The translations under genes and the position numbers were made by a program. Below, one piece after another: positions 54,364 to 64,000 of a DNA stretch of 64,000 nt. Origin of the DNA: Spirochaetia bacterium (GTDB lineage Bacteria > Spirochaetota > Spirochaetia > UBA9216); assembly GCA_963677925.2 (NCBI GenBank), contig CAXXYH010000003.1:1728001-1792000 (forward strand), given 5' to 3'. The notes under the pieces are model-generated. The model saw only the letters and a program-made list of their open reading frames with translations, was not told the DNA's origin and did not search any database. How positions within the stretch are numbered: the stretch's first letter is position 1; each line of letters starts with the position of its first letter.

Positions 54364-55239
54364 TCAGCCGGCGGCGGACAGGAAGTCACTTATCTCGACG
54401 GTACGGCCGATGATGACATGACCGGTCTCCGGCAGCAGATTTATTTGAGCCCCTGAAACAAAGGTTCTCAGCCTTTCTGCTGATTTTTCAGTATCAAGCA
54501 GAACATCATGATCGCCCCCGAAATACTGGACGGGCATTTTAAGTTTTTTAAGTTCTTCATCAGAAAAGACGGGGATGGGAGCTGTCATCGGTATAAAATG
54601 CTTTGAAACAAGGCGACCGAAAGCAGCAGCCTCTTCCCCTGTATCGGTCTTGTAGCATATAAGCCTGTCAAGTTTTTTTGCACCCCGCTCACCAAGCAGC
54701 ATAAGCGGCAATGCCCGAAAGAGGAAACTCAATCTTGCAGCAGCAAGCCCGGAGGCTGTAAGAAGGCTCAGAGCCCTCACCTTTTCGGGAAACATAACCG
54801 CGTACTGCAGGGCCGCGAATCCGCCGAGAGACTGTCCGACTATGCAGACTTTTTCGCTTCCTCCGCAGTATTCAACGGTTCTCTGCAGCCAGAGCCTGAA
54901 TTCTTCACTGCCTGGAACAAAGCTTAAATCAGAACTCAAGCCCGGCTGTCCGGGAATGTCGACCGCGAATATCCTGAATGCGCCGGACCACTGTTCCACA
55001 TCTCCCATCCATGCAGCACTGTTGCTGGAAGTACCGTGAAGCAGAATTAAAATTGGAGCGTCTTTCCTTCCGAATTCGATTATATGAGTCATAACTGTAC
55101 TTGCACCTGCTCCGGTCTGATTTAACTCTATCGGAACAACTTTCCGGCTATTCTCCACCGGCCATTTCTCAAGGATTTTTCCATACTCAGAATTAACCTC
55201 AGCCTTCCCTTCAGGGGATCTGAAAACAGACTTACTCAT
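54364..55239 (-). CDS. Alpha/beta-fold hydrolase
   Basis: LLHG, DIPGQPGLS, GQSLGG nucleophile elbow, GDHD, GH. Confidence 0.9.
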   Translation of the reverse strand: MSKSVFRSPEGKAEVNSEYGKILEKWPVENSRKVVPIELNQTGAGASTVMTHIIEFGRKDAPILILLHGTSSNSAAWMGDVEQWSGAFRIFAVDIPGQPGLSSDLSFVPGSEEFRLWLQRTVEYCGGSEKVCIVGQSLGGFAALQYAVMFPEKVRALSLLTASGLAAARLSFLFRALPLMLLGERGAKKLDRLICYKTDTGEEAAAFGRLVSKHFIPMTAPIPVFSDEELKKLKMPVQYFGGDHDVLLDTEKSAERLRTFVSGAQINLLPETGHVIIGRTVEISDFLSAAG

Positions 55240-55693
55240 CAGACTGCTCCCCTATCAGCGGTTCAAGCATTTTCATGATGCTGCTTATAAAAGCAGGACT
55301 GCCGTAAAGAACAAACCTTGCCGTACCTGTTTCAGGATCATGAATAAAATCATATCGAGTCTTTCCCCAGGAAGGATCCTTACAGTTAAGAAGAGCGATT
55401 ATTGTATTAGAAATCCGGGAAGCCTCAGCCCTGCCGGCTTCAGAAAGTTCAATTACAGCCGAAACCCTTACACGATTACTGACAGGCTCACTAGTCCGGA
55501 TATTCGGAATTTCCGGCTGCAGCTCCGTAAGTTCGGCATGGGTATAGGCTTTCAGTGCATCGGCCCTGACCTTCCAGGCCCGGCCGATTTTAACCGCAGC
55601 TATCTTACCCTCCCGAATAAATCTCTGCACCGTCTTCTCATGAAGACCCAGAAGTTCAGATATCTCACTTACTGAATATAGCTTATTTTCCAT
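55232..55693 (-). CDS. Excisionase/BldC-like (HTH_17) DNA-binding protein with C-terminal extension
   Basis: YSVSEISELLGLHEKTVQRFIREGKIAAVKIGRAWKV; AGGAG RBS; coupled to the hydrolase gene. Confidence 0.85.
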   Translation of the reverse strand: MENKLYSVSEISELLGLHEKTVQRFIREGKIAAVKIGRAWKVRADALKAYTHAELTELQPEIPNIRTSEPVSNRVRVSAVIELSEAGRAEASRISNTIIALLNCKDPSWGKTRYDFIHDPETGTARFVLYGSPAFISSIMKMLEPLIGEQSDE

Positions 55694-55700
55694 AATAGGC

Positions 55701-55744
55701 TCCTTACATTACTTATTATTACCTATTATTCCTTTCAAAGTCAA
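55701..55744 (-). promoter_or_regulatory. Promoter with 10-bp tandem direct repeats upstream of the HTH_17 gene
   Basis: Plus-strand blocks tccttacatt / acttattatt / acctattatt / cct; TTGACT -35 at 55744-55739. Confidence 0.55.
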
Positions 55745-55821
55745 GGACTATGCGTTCTATCTGAAGAGATTGTTTTGAGTCTTATAAGTATAGATATAGA
55801 CTTTTTATCGAAATAAGCTGG

Positions 55822-56631
55822 TTATATCTCTTTCTGACTGTTTCCCAGATGCTTGAGAGCCTGAGATACTGTCCATCCTTCATGCACAACACCGGCCATT
55901 GCTTCGATCATTACAGCCGGATTCCGGTACTGCCAGATATTACGTCCCATTGCGATGCCGGCTCCGCCCGCCTGAACAGAATAATAAACCTCAGTCATAA
56001 TCTGCTCGATACTGTCGGTTTTAGCTCCGCCGAGAATTACGATAGGAACAAGGCATCCCTCAACAACCCGTGAAAAAAGATCAGGATCTCCGCAGTAATA
56101 GGTTTTTACCACATCGGCACCTATTTCAGCTGCCGCACGGGCGGCAAGCTTTACACCATCAGGATCGGAGGGCTTTCTCTCGGCTCCGGCAGGAATTGCT
56201 TCAATAAGCATGGGCAGTTCCCACTGCTCGCAGCTGTCGGCCGTCAGCGAGGCCTGTCTGGTAAAATATCCCTCACGGGGATGTCCAAACTTAACGGTTA
56301 CTGCTGCACCGCAGGCCCCGAAACGCAGGGCTGTCTCGGCAGTTGATATCATCTCTTCCTCGAACTTCCCTCCCAGAACAGTGAATCCGCCGGTAAGACG
56401 CAGAATCAGGCCCAGCCCCCTGTCGAAGGAAGAGGCTGCAGCACGTGCAAACCCTCTGGTTGTCAACACAGCATCAGCGCCGGAGTCAGAACAGCAGGAT
56501 ATAAGTTCGCCTGGATGATTGATACCCTCCATCGGGCCGGCAATGCCGCCGTGATCGATAGCAACTACAACGGTCCTGCCGGTATCCTTACGGAATATGG
56601 AATTCATTCTTATTCGTTTACCAGTATTCAT
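55822..56631 (-). CDS. Class I aldolase, DhnA/LsrF family
   Basis: AIDHG, GADAV, AAEIGADVVKTYY (Schiff-base Lys), ILGG, GRNIWQ. Confidence 0.88.
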   Translation of the reverse strand: MNTGKRIRMNSIFRKDTGRTVVVAIDHGGIAGPMEGINHPGELISCCSDSGADAVLTTRGFARAAASSFDRGLGLILRLTGGFTVLGGKFEEEMISTAETALRFGACGAAVTVKFGHPREGYFTRQASLTADSCEQWELPMLIEAIPAGAERKPSDPDGVKLAARAAAEIGADVVKTYYCGDPDLFSRVVEGCLVPIVILGGAKTDSIEQIMTEVYYSVQAGGAGIAMGRNIWQYRNPAVMIEAMAGVVHEGWTVSQALKHLGNSQKEI

Positions 56632-56641
56632 TTACACCCCT

Positions 56642-58072
56642 TTATTTCACCGAGAGTTTTTTAAAAATATCCTTAAGCGAAGTATATGACTCCCTGTAGA
56701 TCCCGAAGAGATCATCATAGAGCTGTTTCTTACCGGAATCGGGAATATATTCACCTGTTATACGGACAATCCTGTCTGCGGTTTCTGCAAGATTGTCTGT
56801 TTCACCAAGGGCTTTCAAAGCGATAGACAGATCACCCAGAAGTTCTGATTCAAAGGATTCCGGAACAAGAAGCCTCCTGCCGGAGATATCAGCCTTAATC
56901 TGATTCCACAGGGGATTAACAGCAGGACGGCCGGTAATCCGAAGCTCATCAACTAGAGAATCATTCTCTTCCATGACACTGATTACATCACGAATTGCAA
57001 AACCTGTAGATTCAAGCACTGCTCGTACCATGTCGCCGCGTTTATGCTGCAGACCAAGTCCTATAAAGGCTCCCCTGGCAAAGGGGTCCCAGTGCGGGGC
57101 ACGTTCCCCCGAAAGGTAGGGAAGAAAAATAAGCCTGTCTGCTCCAGCTGTCGAAGATTCAGCCTCTCGGACAACGGCTTCAATTTCGGACTCAGCCGCA
57201 AACGCCGTCTGCTTTATCCACTCCAGGGCCTTTCCCGAAGTTGAGATTATCCCTGAGACATTGAACCAGGGCTCGATCACATGTCCGTATCCCATAAGCC
57301 TCGGGTCGGTTATATATTTCTCTGTGCACAGGTTAATGCCTTCAGAAGTTCCGCAGCGGTCACAGGCCCGTCCCGGATACACAGCTCCGGTCCCGAGCAG
57401 GGAAACAACAAAGTCCGGCCCGGCTGATATTACAGGGATTCCCTGAGGCAGGTTCGATTCAACAGCCCCTTTTGCAGTAATCCGGCCTGCAATATGCCCG
57501 GGTTTTACAAAATCAGGAAATTTCGATTTATCAAGTCCAAGCCGGCTTATGAGCTTGGTGCTCCAGAAGTATTTCTCGAAATGCAGGCCCGGAAGAATAG
57601 TAACGGCCTCGCCGGTTAGACGGAAAACCACTGATTCCGGACAGGACAGAAACCAGGCTGTTTTATCGTAGACTTCCGGAAGATTATCTGAAATCCAGAG
57701 CGCCTTCGGCAGGTAGAAGCTGGGATCTATACGGAAGTCATTCACTGAAGCAATCCGGTCAGACTGTTCCGTACCGCGCCTGTCCATCCAGCTCATTACA
57801 GGCTTTAAAAATCTGCCCCCATTATCAACAGGAACAAGAGTCGGTCCGTTTCCGCTAACAACCAGAGCGCGGGGAGCATCATTCATTCCTCTCAGCAGTT
57901 CTGCCGAAACAGACGCTATAGCACTCATCCACTCATCAGGGTCAGCCTCATGATGCCCGGGCGACGGAACCGAAGAGCTCAGACGCCTCACAGCCAGAGA
58001 AATTATCTTCCCGGCCTCACCCAGCAGGGCGGCCTTAAGAACCGTTGTTCCTATATCAAATGCAAGTATCAT
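56642..58072 (-). CDS. FGGY family carbohydrate kinase (xylulokinase-like)
   Basis: DIGTT..K, WMDRR, GTS, FLPYLSGERAPHWD..ARG, WNQIKAD. Confidence 0.9.
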   Translation of the reverse strand: MILAFDIGTTVLKAALLGEAGKIISLAVRRLSSSVPSPGHHEADPDEWMSAIASVSAELLRGMNDAPRALVVSGNGPTLVPVDNGGRFLKPVMSWMDRRGTEQSDRIASVNDFRIDPSFYLPKALWISDNLPEVYDKTAWFLSCPESVVFRLTGEAVTILPGLHFEKYFWSTKLISRLGLDKSKFPDFVKPGHIAGRITAKGAVESNLPQGIPVISAGPDFVVSLLGTGAVYPGRACDRCGTSEGINLCTEKYITDPRLMGYGHVIEPWFNVSGIISTSGKALEWIKQTAFAAESEIEAVVREAESSTAGADRLIFLPYLSGERAPHWDPFARGAFIGLGLQHKRGDMVRAVLESTGFAIRDVISVMEENDSLVDELRITGRPAVNPLWNQIKADISGRRLLVPESFESELLGDLSIALKALGETDNLAETADRIVRITGEYIPDSGKKQLYDDLFGIYRESYTSLKDIFKKLSVK

Positions 58073-59094
58073 AATTCAGTACCAAGAAGAACTCTCTGAG
58101 TATCAGGACTCATAGCCGCCTTTATGCCGTCCTCAAGCCCGTCAAACCCGATAATCCGGCTTATAAGGGGCTTCACATCAATCTTTCCGAACGACAGCAT
58201 CCTTGATGCCTGCAGGAAGTCAGTTTCGGTCCGGCCCTCGGTACCGGTTACAGTTATTTCATTTCTGTGCAGAAAATTCAGATCCACCGGCAGAGCCGGC
58301 TTATCCATCGTGTAGGCTGTATAGATATTTACCCGCCCGTCTTTTCTGATCGCCGAAAAAGCGTTTTCAAGTGCTGAAAAGGCAGGGCTGGCAACCACAC
58401 AGGCATCAGCCCCGACCCCTCCGGTAAGATCCATTATGACTGATACAATATCCTGTTTTGACGGATTAACTGTAAAGTCTGCTCCCATTTCTGATGCAAG
58501 CGCCAGCCTTGCATCATTCACATCAGAAACAGTAACCCGTGCACCCATGGCCAGAGCTGCCTTGAGATGCATCAGCCCCATGGGACCAGCACCGATAATG
58601 AGCAGATCCTCGGATATCTGAAGATCTATCTTTTTAAGAGAGCGGATGCAGCAGGCAAGAGGTTCGGTGAAAGCAGCCTGTTCCAGTGGAAGTTCCGAAG
58701 GTACTTTATACAGCTGTTCAGGCTTCAGAGAGGCAAGTTCAGAGAATCCGCCGAGGGGTTTCAGCCGTCTGTCAAAACGGTTAAGACACATATTGCTCTG
58801 TCCCCTGCGGCAGTAATAACACTCATGACAGCGGTAAACCATATCTATAGCTACGTGATCACCGGGTTTGATCGAAGTAATCACATCATCACCTACATAT
58901 TCAACTATTCCGGAAGCTTCATGACCTGGGATGATAGGATAGTATATCTTCATTTCACCCGAATAAAGTCTCTGCTCAAGTGTGCATATACCGCAGTATT
59001 TTATTCTTACAAGGACCTCAGTTGATTTTGGTACCGGGTCTGCAGCATTTACGATTTCTATACTGCCCGGAGCATTCAGGACCGCTGTTCTCAT
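58069..59094 (-). CDS. Zn-dependent polyol/sugar dehydrogenase (MDR, sorbitol-DH-like)
   Basis: CGIC, GHE, CHECYYC...C structural Zn, EPLAC, GAGPMG. Confidence 0.9.
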   Translation of the reverse strand: MRTAVLNAPGSIEIVNAADPVPKSTEVLVRIKYCGICTLEQRLYSGEMKIYYPIIPGHEASGIVEYVGDDVITSIKPGDHVAIDMVYRCHECYYCRRGQSNMCLNRFDRRLKPLGGFSELASLKPEQLYKVPSELPLEQAAFTEPLACCIRSLKKIDLQISEDLLIIGAGPMGLMHLKAALAMGARVTVSDVNDARLALASEMGADFTVNPSKQDIVSVIMDLTGGVGADACVVASPAFSALENAFSAIRKDGRVNIYTAYTMDKPALPVDLNFLHRNEITVTGTEGRTETDFLQASRMLSFGKIDVKPLISRIIGFDGLEDGIKAAMSPDTQRVLLGTEL

Positions 59095-59127
59095 TTAAAA
59101 TCTCCACTTCTGCTAATCTTATCATAA

Positions 59128-60027
59128 TCAGGTCTTCCTGTGTTTAAATGCAGACACAAGAACCATGGCAATAACAGTAATGATGTAGGGAAACGCGAGA
59201 ATAAAATCTGCCGGGATGTGAATAAAACCCTGGGCATAATTGGAAAAACTTTCTGCAAGACCGAAGACAAAAGCCGCCCCGAGAATCCCTATCGGTGTTT
59301 TACCGCCCAGATAAATTACGACAAGGGCTATCCAACCCCGTCCTGCAGTGATGTTAGGCACATAGGCCCCTATCTTCAGCGTAAGCACAGCCCCGGCAAG
59401 TGCACATGTAAGCCCTGAAATAAGTATGGCAGACATCCTGTAATGGACAGGGTTCAGACCGAGAGCCTGCATGGCATGGGGGTTGCTTCCGGCAGCCCTG
59501 AGCCTGAAACCGTAGGGAGTTTTGTAAATAAGCAGGTATGAAACCAGCACACTCAGCCAACCCAGATACACAAGGATATTATGACCGAGGAGCAGATCTC
59601 CGATAACCGGTATTCCATGCAGCTCCGGTATATTGAGAACCGGAAGATCCGGCAGGTTGGAGAAGGTCAAAACTCCCTTTGTACCGAAAATATGAAAAGA
59701 AAGAACTGTAGTAAGACCGGTAGCGAAAAGGTTAGTGGCAAGGCCTGTGATGAAAACATTGGCCTTCATATATAGTGTTACCAGCCCGAATAAAAGTGAA
59801 AGGACTACTGTAAGCATTATCCCGGCCAGTATTCCCAGAGCAAGGCTTCCGGTTGCTGCAGTAAAAATAACACTGAAAAAAGCTCCGGTAAGCATAAGCC
59901 CTTCGAGGGCAATATTCAATATTCCGGCAAGCTCGGTAAGCAGCCCGCCGACTGCAGCCAGCAAGAAGGGAGTCATTATACTGACTGAATTATGGATAAC
60001 CGGAAGACTGAATTCTCCGCTGTTCAA
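59128..60027 (-). CDS. Nucleoside-type ABC transporter permease (YufQ/NupQ-like)
   Basis: E.AGILNIALEG, TPYGFRLRAAG, GRGWIAL, FPYI. Confidence 0.88.
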   Translation of the reverse strand: MNSGEFSLPVIHNSVSIMTPFLLAAVGGLLTELAGILNIALEGLMLTGAFFSVIFTAATGSLALGILAGIMLTVVLSLLFGLVTLYMKANVFITGLATNLFATGLTTVLSFHIFGTKGVLTFSNLPDLPVLNIPELHGIPVIGDLLLGHNILVYLGWLSVLVSYLLIYKTPYGFRLRAAGSNPHAMQALGLNPVHYRMSAILISGLTCALAGAVLTLKIGAYVPNITAGRGWIALVVIYLGGKTPIGILGAAFVFGLAESFSNYAQGFIHIPADFILAFPYIITVIAMVLVSAFKHRKT

Positions 60028-61067
60028 ACGTAAGCCCTCCTGTATTTGAGCAGGTTATAGATAACCTTGGATGTTATAAAAAAGAAGATAACAGCCTGCG
60101 CAATTGTAGCCACTTCAATGGTAATATCCGAGTTGATCATCGCCGATTTTGCTCCGGCTTCAATGAAGGCAAAAAACAGGGCTGCCGGAACGACAGCTGC
60201 CGGATTATTTCCGGCAATCAGCGCAACGGCAATTCCATTCCAGCCGATGCCGCCTGAAAAGCCTTTTAGACTCATATGATAAGTACCAAGAACTGCAAGA
60301 CTGCCTGCCATACCATGGAATCCGCCGCTTATGGCCATCGGCAGGACCATGTACAGGCCTGTATTGATTCCCCCGTAGGCGGCAAACTTCGGATTAAGAC
60401 CGCAGATCCGCATTTCATAACCGGTTCTTGTCCGGAACAGAATAAAGTATGCGGCTGCAGCGGCAATAACCGCAATTATCACACTTGAATTGAGATTGGA
60501 CGGAGGAAATATTTTAGTCAGCCAGAAACGGACATCGACAGCAGGGGTGGTAAGCAGATTACTGGCGGTATCATTAAAGACCCCGGTTATCAGGTAATCA
60601 ACCACGTATATTACCGAAGCGGAAATCAGGAATGATGAAATAAGCTCATCGGTTCCCCATTTCATCCTGAAAAAGCCGGAGAGACCGGCTATAAAAGCGC
60701 TGACAATGACTGCAGAGATTACTGCAAGAACGATTCCCGAGATTCCGGGTAAGCCGGGCAGAAGCAGAAGAACCAGAGTTGCGGTAAATCCGCCGGCATA
60801 GACCTGCCCCTCCCCGCCCAGGTTATAAACAGAGCTTCTAAAGGCATATGAAATACCAAGCCCGGTCAATATCAGGGGGACTGCGGCATTGAGCATGTTA
60901 CCAAAGTAATATTTATTGGTAAAAGGTCCCGCAAAAAAGTAGTATATAGTATCAGACGGCGTTTTGCTGAAAACAAAGATAAGAACCAGAAGAACTATAA
61001 AGGCGGCAGCTATAGTAATAAGCGGCGAGGCAAAAGCTACAGCTGTATTTCTGCATAATTTCTTCAA
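60024..61067 (-). CDS. Nucleoside-type ABC transporter permease (YufP/NupP-like)
   Basis: NLGGEGQ, TGYEMR..G.NP.FA.YGGI, GWNGIAVALI. Confidence 0.88.
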   Translation of the reverse strand: MKKLCRNTAVAFASPLITIAAAFIVLLVLIFVFSKTPSDTIYYFFAGPFTNKYYFGNMLNAAVPLILTGLGISYAFRSSVYNLGGEGQVYAGGFTATLVLLLLPGLPGISGIVLAVISAVIVSAFIAGLSGFFRMKWGTDELISSFLISASVIYVVDYLITGVFNDTASNLLTTPAVDVRFWLTKIFPPSNLNSSVIIAVIAAAAAYFILFRTRTGYEMRICGLNPKFAAYGGINTGLYMVLPMAISGGFHGMAGSLAVLGTYHMSLKGFSGGIGWNGIAVALIAGNNPAAVVPAALFFAFIEAGAKSAMINSDITIEVATIAQAVIFFFITSKVIYNLLKYRRAYV

Positions 61068-62599
61068 AGTTCCGCCTCCTTAAGGCCCATCATATATTCA
61101 CCTATCAGCTCCCTGTTCAGATTCTCTGAATTAGGCTGTTTAAAAACAAAGCGCCCCCGGTACAGCACCATAACAGTATCCGAGAGGGTCAGAATTTCAT
61201 CAATATTAGAAGAAATGAGAATAACTGCGACTCCACGCTCCCTCATTTCAATTATCCGTTTATATATATACTCACTGCTTGCGATATCGAGGCCCCAGGT
61301 GGGTTCAGCAAATAGAACAACATCTCCGGCCGAATCGAGCTCCCTTGCAAGAATAACCTTCTGAATATTTCCGCCGGAGAGTGTTCCGATTGGAGCATCC
61401 CTGAAACCGTCTATCTGATAGGTTTTTATAAGTTTATCCGTATAATCATCGACAGCCTGACGATCAATGATTCCAGCCCTTCGTGTAAAGCTGCGCCGGC
61501 CGGTAATCATTACATTCTCACTCACTGCAGAAGACAGAGAAGCACCCCGCCAAAGCCTGTCGGTAGGCACATATGAAAGACCGCCTTCCCGGCGCAGAGC
61601 TGTATTATCGAAGGTGATGTCCTCATCGTTGTGGTAAATTTTTCCGCTGCTTACCCTTCGAAGACCGGCAATAACATCTTCAAGCTCAGCCAGACCGTTT
61701 CCGGCTACTGCAGTAATACCAACAACCTCACAGCCGGATGCACTGAAACTTATATCTTCAAGTACCGGACGGTCCTGATTTTTGTTGAGAAGATTCACTC
61801 CCTCCATCACAAGAACAGGCTCTCTGCATCCTTCCAATCTTTCGACTTCAGTCAGTTCTATACTTCGTCCTACCATCAGCCTGGAAAGTTCCTTACTGTC
61901 AACTGACACTGTATCGGCGACACCTACCACACAGCCTTTCCGCATTACGGTAATCCGGTCTGATATATCTTTAATCTCAGACAGCTTATGGGTGATAAGA
62001 ATCACGGTTTTTCCCTGAGCTACAAGCTTTTTAAGAGTTTTAAACAGTCTCTCAATCTCGATATCAGTCAGAACCGAGGTAGGTTCATCAAGGATGAGCA
62101 GATCAGCCTTACGGTAGAGCATTTTAAGGATCTCAACCTGCTGCATCTGCCCTACACTTAAATTTCGAATCTTTGCATCAGGTTTAATATGAAAATCATT
62201 TTCCTTAATAAGTCTTTCAACTGACTTAACGGCTGAAGACTGGCTGAAGAAAATACCGGCCTTAACCGGCTCAGCGCCCAGAACGACATTCTGAGCAACA
62301 GTAAACTCCTGAACCAGCCGGAAATGCTGCTGTACCATACCAATTCCCAGCTTTGAAGCCGTCATGGGACTTGTCATCTTCACTTCCCGGCCGTCAAGAA
62401 TTATTTTTCCGCTGTCAGGATGCTCAAGACCGTAGAGAATCTTCATTAGGGTAGTTTTACCCGCTCCGTTTTCTCCCGCTATCGCATGAATTTCACCCCT
62501 GCGTACTTCAATATCTACATCGGTATTGGCATACTGTCCGGTGACCGCATATTGTTTTGTGATTCCCCGCATCTGAAGCCAGGGTTCAACAATTTTCAT
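61064..62599 (-). CDS. Nucleoside-type ABC transporter ATPase (YufO/NupO-like)
   Basis: GENGAGKTT, GIGMVQQHF, DEPTSVLT, ITHKL, LSGGNIQK, EPTWGLD. Confidence 0.9.
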   Translation of the reverse strand: MKIVEPWLQMRGITKQYAVTGQYANTDVDIEVRRGEIHAIAGENGAGKTTLMKILYGLEHPDSGKIILDGREVKMTSPMTASKLGIGMVQQHFRLVQEFTVAQNVVLGAEPVKAGIFFSQSSAVKSVERLIKENDFHIKPDAKIRNLSVGQMQQVEILKMLYRKADLLILDEPTSVLTDIEIERLFKTLKKLVAQGKTVILITHKLSEIKDISDRITVMRKGCVVGVADTVSVDSKELSRLMVGRSIELTEVERLEGCREPVLVMEGVNLLNKNQDRPVLEDISFSASGCEVVGITAVAGNGLAELEDVIAGLRRVSSGKIYHNDEDITFDNTALRREGGLSYVPTDRLWRGASLSSAVSENVMITGRRSFTRRAGIIDRQAVDDYTDKLIKTYQIDGFRDAPIGTLSGGNIQKVILARELDSAGDVVLFAEPTWGLDIASSEYIYKRIIEMRERGVAVILISSNIDEILTLSDTVMVLYRGRFVFKQPNSENLNRELIGEYMMGLKEAEL

Positions 62600-62658
62600 A
62601 GTTGCTAAAAAGAACCTCTTCCATCAAGTATAATATATAGATAACAATGAGACCATAA

Positions 62659-62691
62659 TAAAAGAGGGTGCCTTTAAATTAAGACACCCCC
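62659..62691 (-). terminator. Hairpin after the BMP gene (partial terminator)
   Basis: Minus strand: GGGGGTGTCTT-AATTTA-AAGGCACCCTC-TTTTA. Confidence 0.6.
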
Positions 62692-62719
62692 GTAATTTTT
62701 ACATGTATTCAAGCGATAT

Positions 62720-63784
62720 TTACAGCTGAGGAATCTCAAGAACGAGCCCGCCTGAGGTTATGCTGTCTACAAGGATCTGCTGCTTCTCGCGAATTTCTGC
62801 GCTCACTGTATTAATATAATCGGGATCATCAGAAATAAACTCAACATATCCGTCTTTTGCATACAGTTTTACTGCCTTTCCGTATTCAACATTACCTTTA
62901 ATGGCATCTGAAACTACTTCATAAACGAGTCTGTCCTGATGAAGAGCACCGCTTCCTGCTATCACTCCCGGAGCCTTCGAATAACCGTTGTCGTCCCAGT
63001 ACATCACATATTTACCCCTCTCGGCACAAACCTCAAACACGCCCTGGGCAGCGCCGCCGCAAATTACCCCTATCACATCAACTCCGGAATCAATCATGCT
63101 CCTCGCAAGCTCTGCGGCCTTGTTGGCATCATACCAGTTTCCAATAACACGGTAATCAAGTGTAATTCCCGCGTTTACAGCCTTAGCTCCGTTTTCAAAA
63201 CCGGGAACCATCATTTTATTAAGAGCAGGATATTCCTGGGCAACAATGATACCGATCTTCAGATCGGCGTTAGCACCCTTCATATCACCGGTCGTTATAA
63301 GTCCGGCAAGGTGACCCAGCATATAAGACTGTTCAACCTGGTTATAAAGAAAGCTGGCCATCTGCGGATTGCCTTCGATAAAAGCATCTACAAAGATAAA
63401 TTTCTGATCGGGAAACTGCTGTGCAATATCCATACAGATATAAGGCATTGAAGGATTCGATGTAATAACAGCATCATAGACACCGGTGGCAACAACTGAG
63501 GTCATCTTCTCATTCCACTCTGCCTGATTGAAGCCGAGCTCTACAACCTTCATTGAAGCGCCCGGGGTTTCGGAAATCGCTCTTTCTGCACCTGATACAA
63601 GCTGCTCATATATTGCAGACCCCGCAGTAACTCCGGGAACAACAACCGCAAGCTTAAAATCTTCTGCGGCGGATGAAGTTTCTGTACCTTCGGAACTCTC
63701 TTTCTGTCCGCCGGCAAATACCATTGCAGGGACCGTAATTATCAGCAGAATTAATGCTGCCTTCATAAAATTATTCAGTTTCAT
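62720..63784 (-). CDS. BMP family (PnrA/TmpC-like) ABC substrate-binding protein
   Basis: Signal ...VFAGGQKE; FPDQKF, SYMLG.LAG, GFENGAKAVN, GNWYDA.KA, GVDVI; GGAGAG then ATG at 63784. Confidence 0.88.
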   Translation of the reverse strand: MKLNNFMKAALILLIITVPAMVFAGGQKESSEGTETSSAAEDFKLAVVVPGVTAGSAIYEQLVSGAERAISETPGASMKVVELGFNQAEWNEKMTSVVATGVYDAVITSNPSMPYICMDIAQQFPDQKFIFVDAFIEGNPQMASFLYNQVEQSYMLGHLAGLITTGDMKGANADLKIGIIVAQEYPALNKMMVPGFENGAKAVNAGITLDYRVIGNWYDANKAAELARSMIDSGVDVIGVICGGAAQGVFEVCAERGKYVMYWDDNGYSKAPGVIAGSGALHQDRLVYEVVSDAIKGNVEYGKAVKLYAKDGYVEFISDDPDYINTVSAEIREKQQILVDSITSGGLVLEIPQL

Positions 63785-63804
63785 ATTGCTCTCCATATAA
63801 AAAT

Positions 63805-64000
63805 CTAAAGATTTCCGATTGTAGCAACCATAACTGCCTTGATTGTATGCAGCCGGTTTTCAGCTTCATCAAAAACTTTTGAGAACCTGCTCCTGAACAC
63901 CTCGTCAGAGACCTCCATCTCTTTCAGTCCGTACTTTTTATTTATCTCCCTGCCGGTTTCTGTTTCAAGATCATGAAAAGCCGGAAGACAGTGCAGAAAA
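63805..64000 (-). CDS. argF: Ornithine carbamoyltransferase, 3' end only
   Basis: Hand translation: [10 protein letters not shown]...[10 protein letters not shown]...[23 protein letters not shown]. Confidence 0.9.
   Translation of the reverse strand, partial: FLHCLPAFHDLETETGREINKKYGLKEMEVSDEVFRSRFSKVFDEAENRLHTIKAVMVATIGNL

Noticed and set aside
55232-55693. Prophage/ICE excisionase marking a mobile element
   Set aside because: No integrase, att-like repeats, tRNA or phage genes nearby; it is coupled to a hydrolase.

Overview
A gene-dense, moderately AT-rich bacterial chromosome segment, most likely from an anaerobic free-living spirochaete. This is an inference from the 'FAGGQ(Q/K)E' substrate-binding-protein leaders, the lipoprotein signals and the gene content. 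I found no rRNA, tRNA, CRISPR array, transposase or integrase. Contents in order: the 5' part of a sensor kinase; a TRAP transporter plus DUF169; nrnA/HIT/rdgB/pepF; a GntR-LacI hybrid regulator with an orphan MsmX ATPase; a corrinoid methyl-transfer module (PocR-AraC regulator, cobalamin riboswitch, corrinoid protein, MtaA/UroD-thioredoxin fusion, CobW GTPase, RACo/ASKHA activator); sppA with two unannotated tiny membrane ORFs; a PadR/serine-hydrolase pair; a LysR-controlled lipoprotein flavin reductase; an Ig/FG-GAP lipoprotein; a trimeric [FeFe]-hydrogenase with a short beta subunit; a (cNMP-STAS)x2 protein; arcC; a LacI-GH4-ROK module; a YbiW-type glycyl-radical locus (YciT-like DeoR, ROK kinase, ribose-type ABC importer, activase, AroE-like and RmlD-like reductases); arfB; a PLP enzyme; a serA-like gene frameshifted in an A9 tract; and a BMP-type ABC importer with Zn-dehydrogenase, FGGY kinase and class I aldolase, preceded by the 3' end of argF. 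The two best candidates for undescribed biology are (1) a PTS-independent radical anhydro-sugar catabolic system whose ROK kinase lacks the anomeric-OH-binding Glu, and (2) the riboswitch- and PocR-controlled corrinoid module with a non-canonical methyltransferase-thioredoxin fusion. All family calls come from motif recognition by eye; no searches were run.
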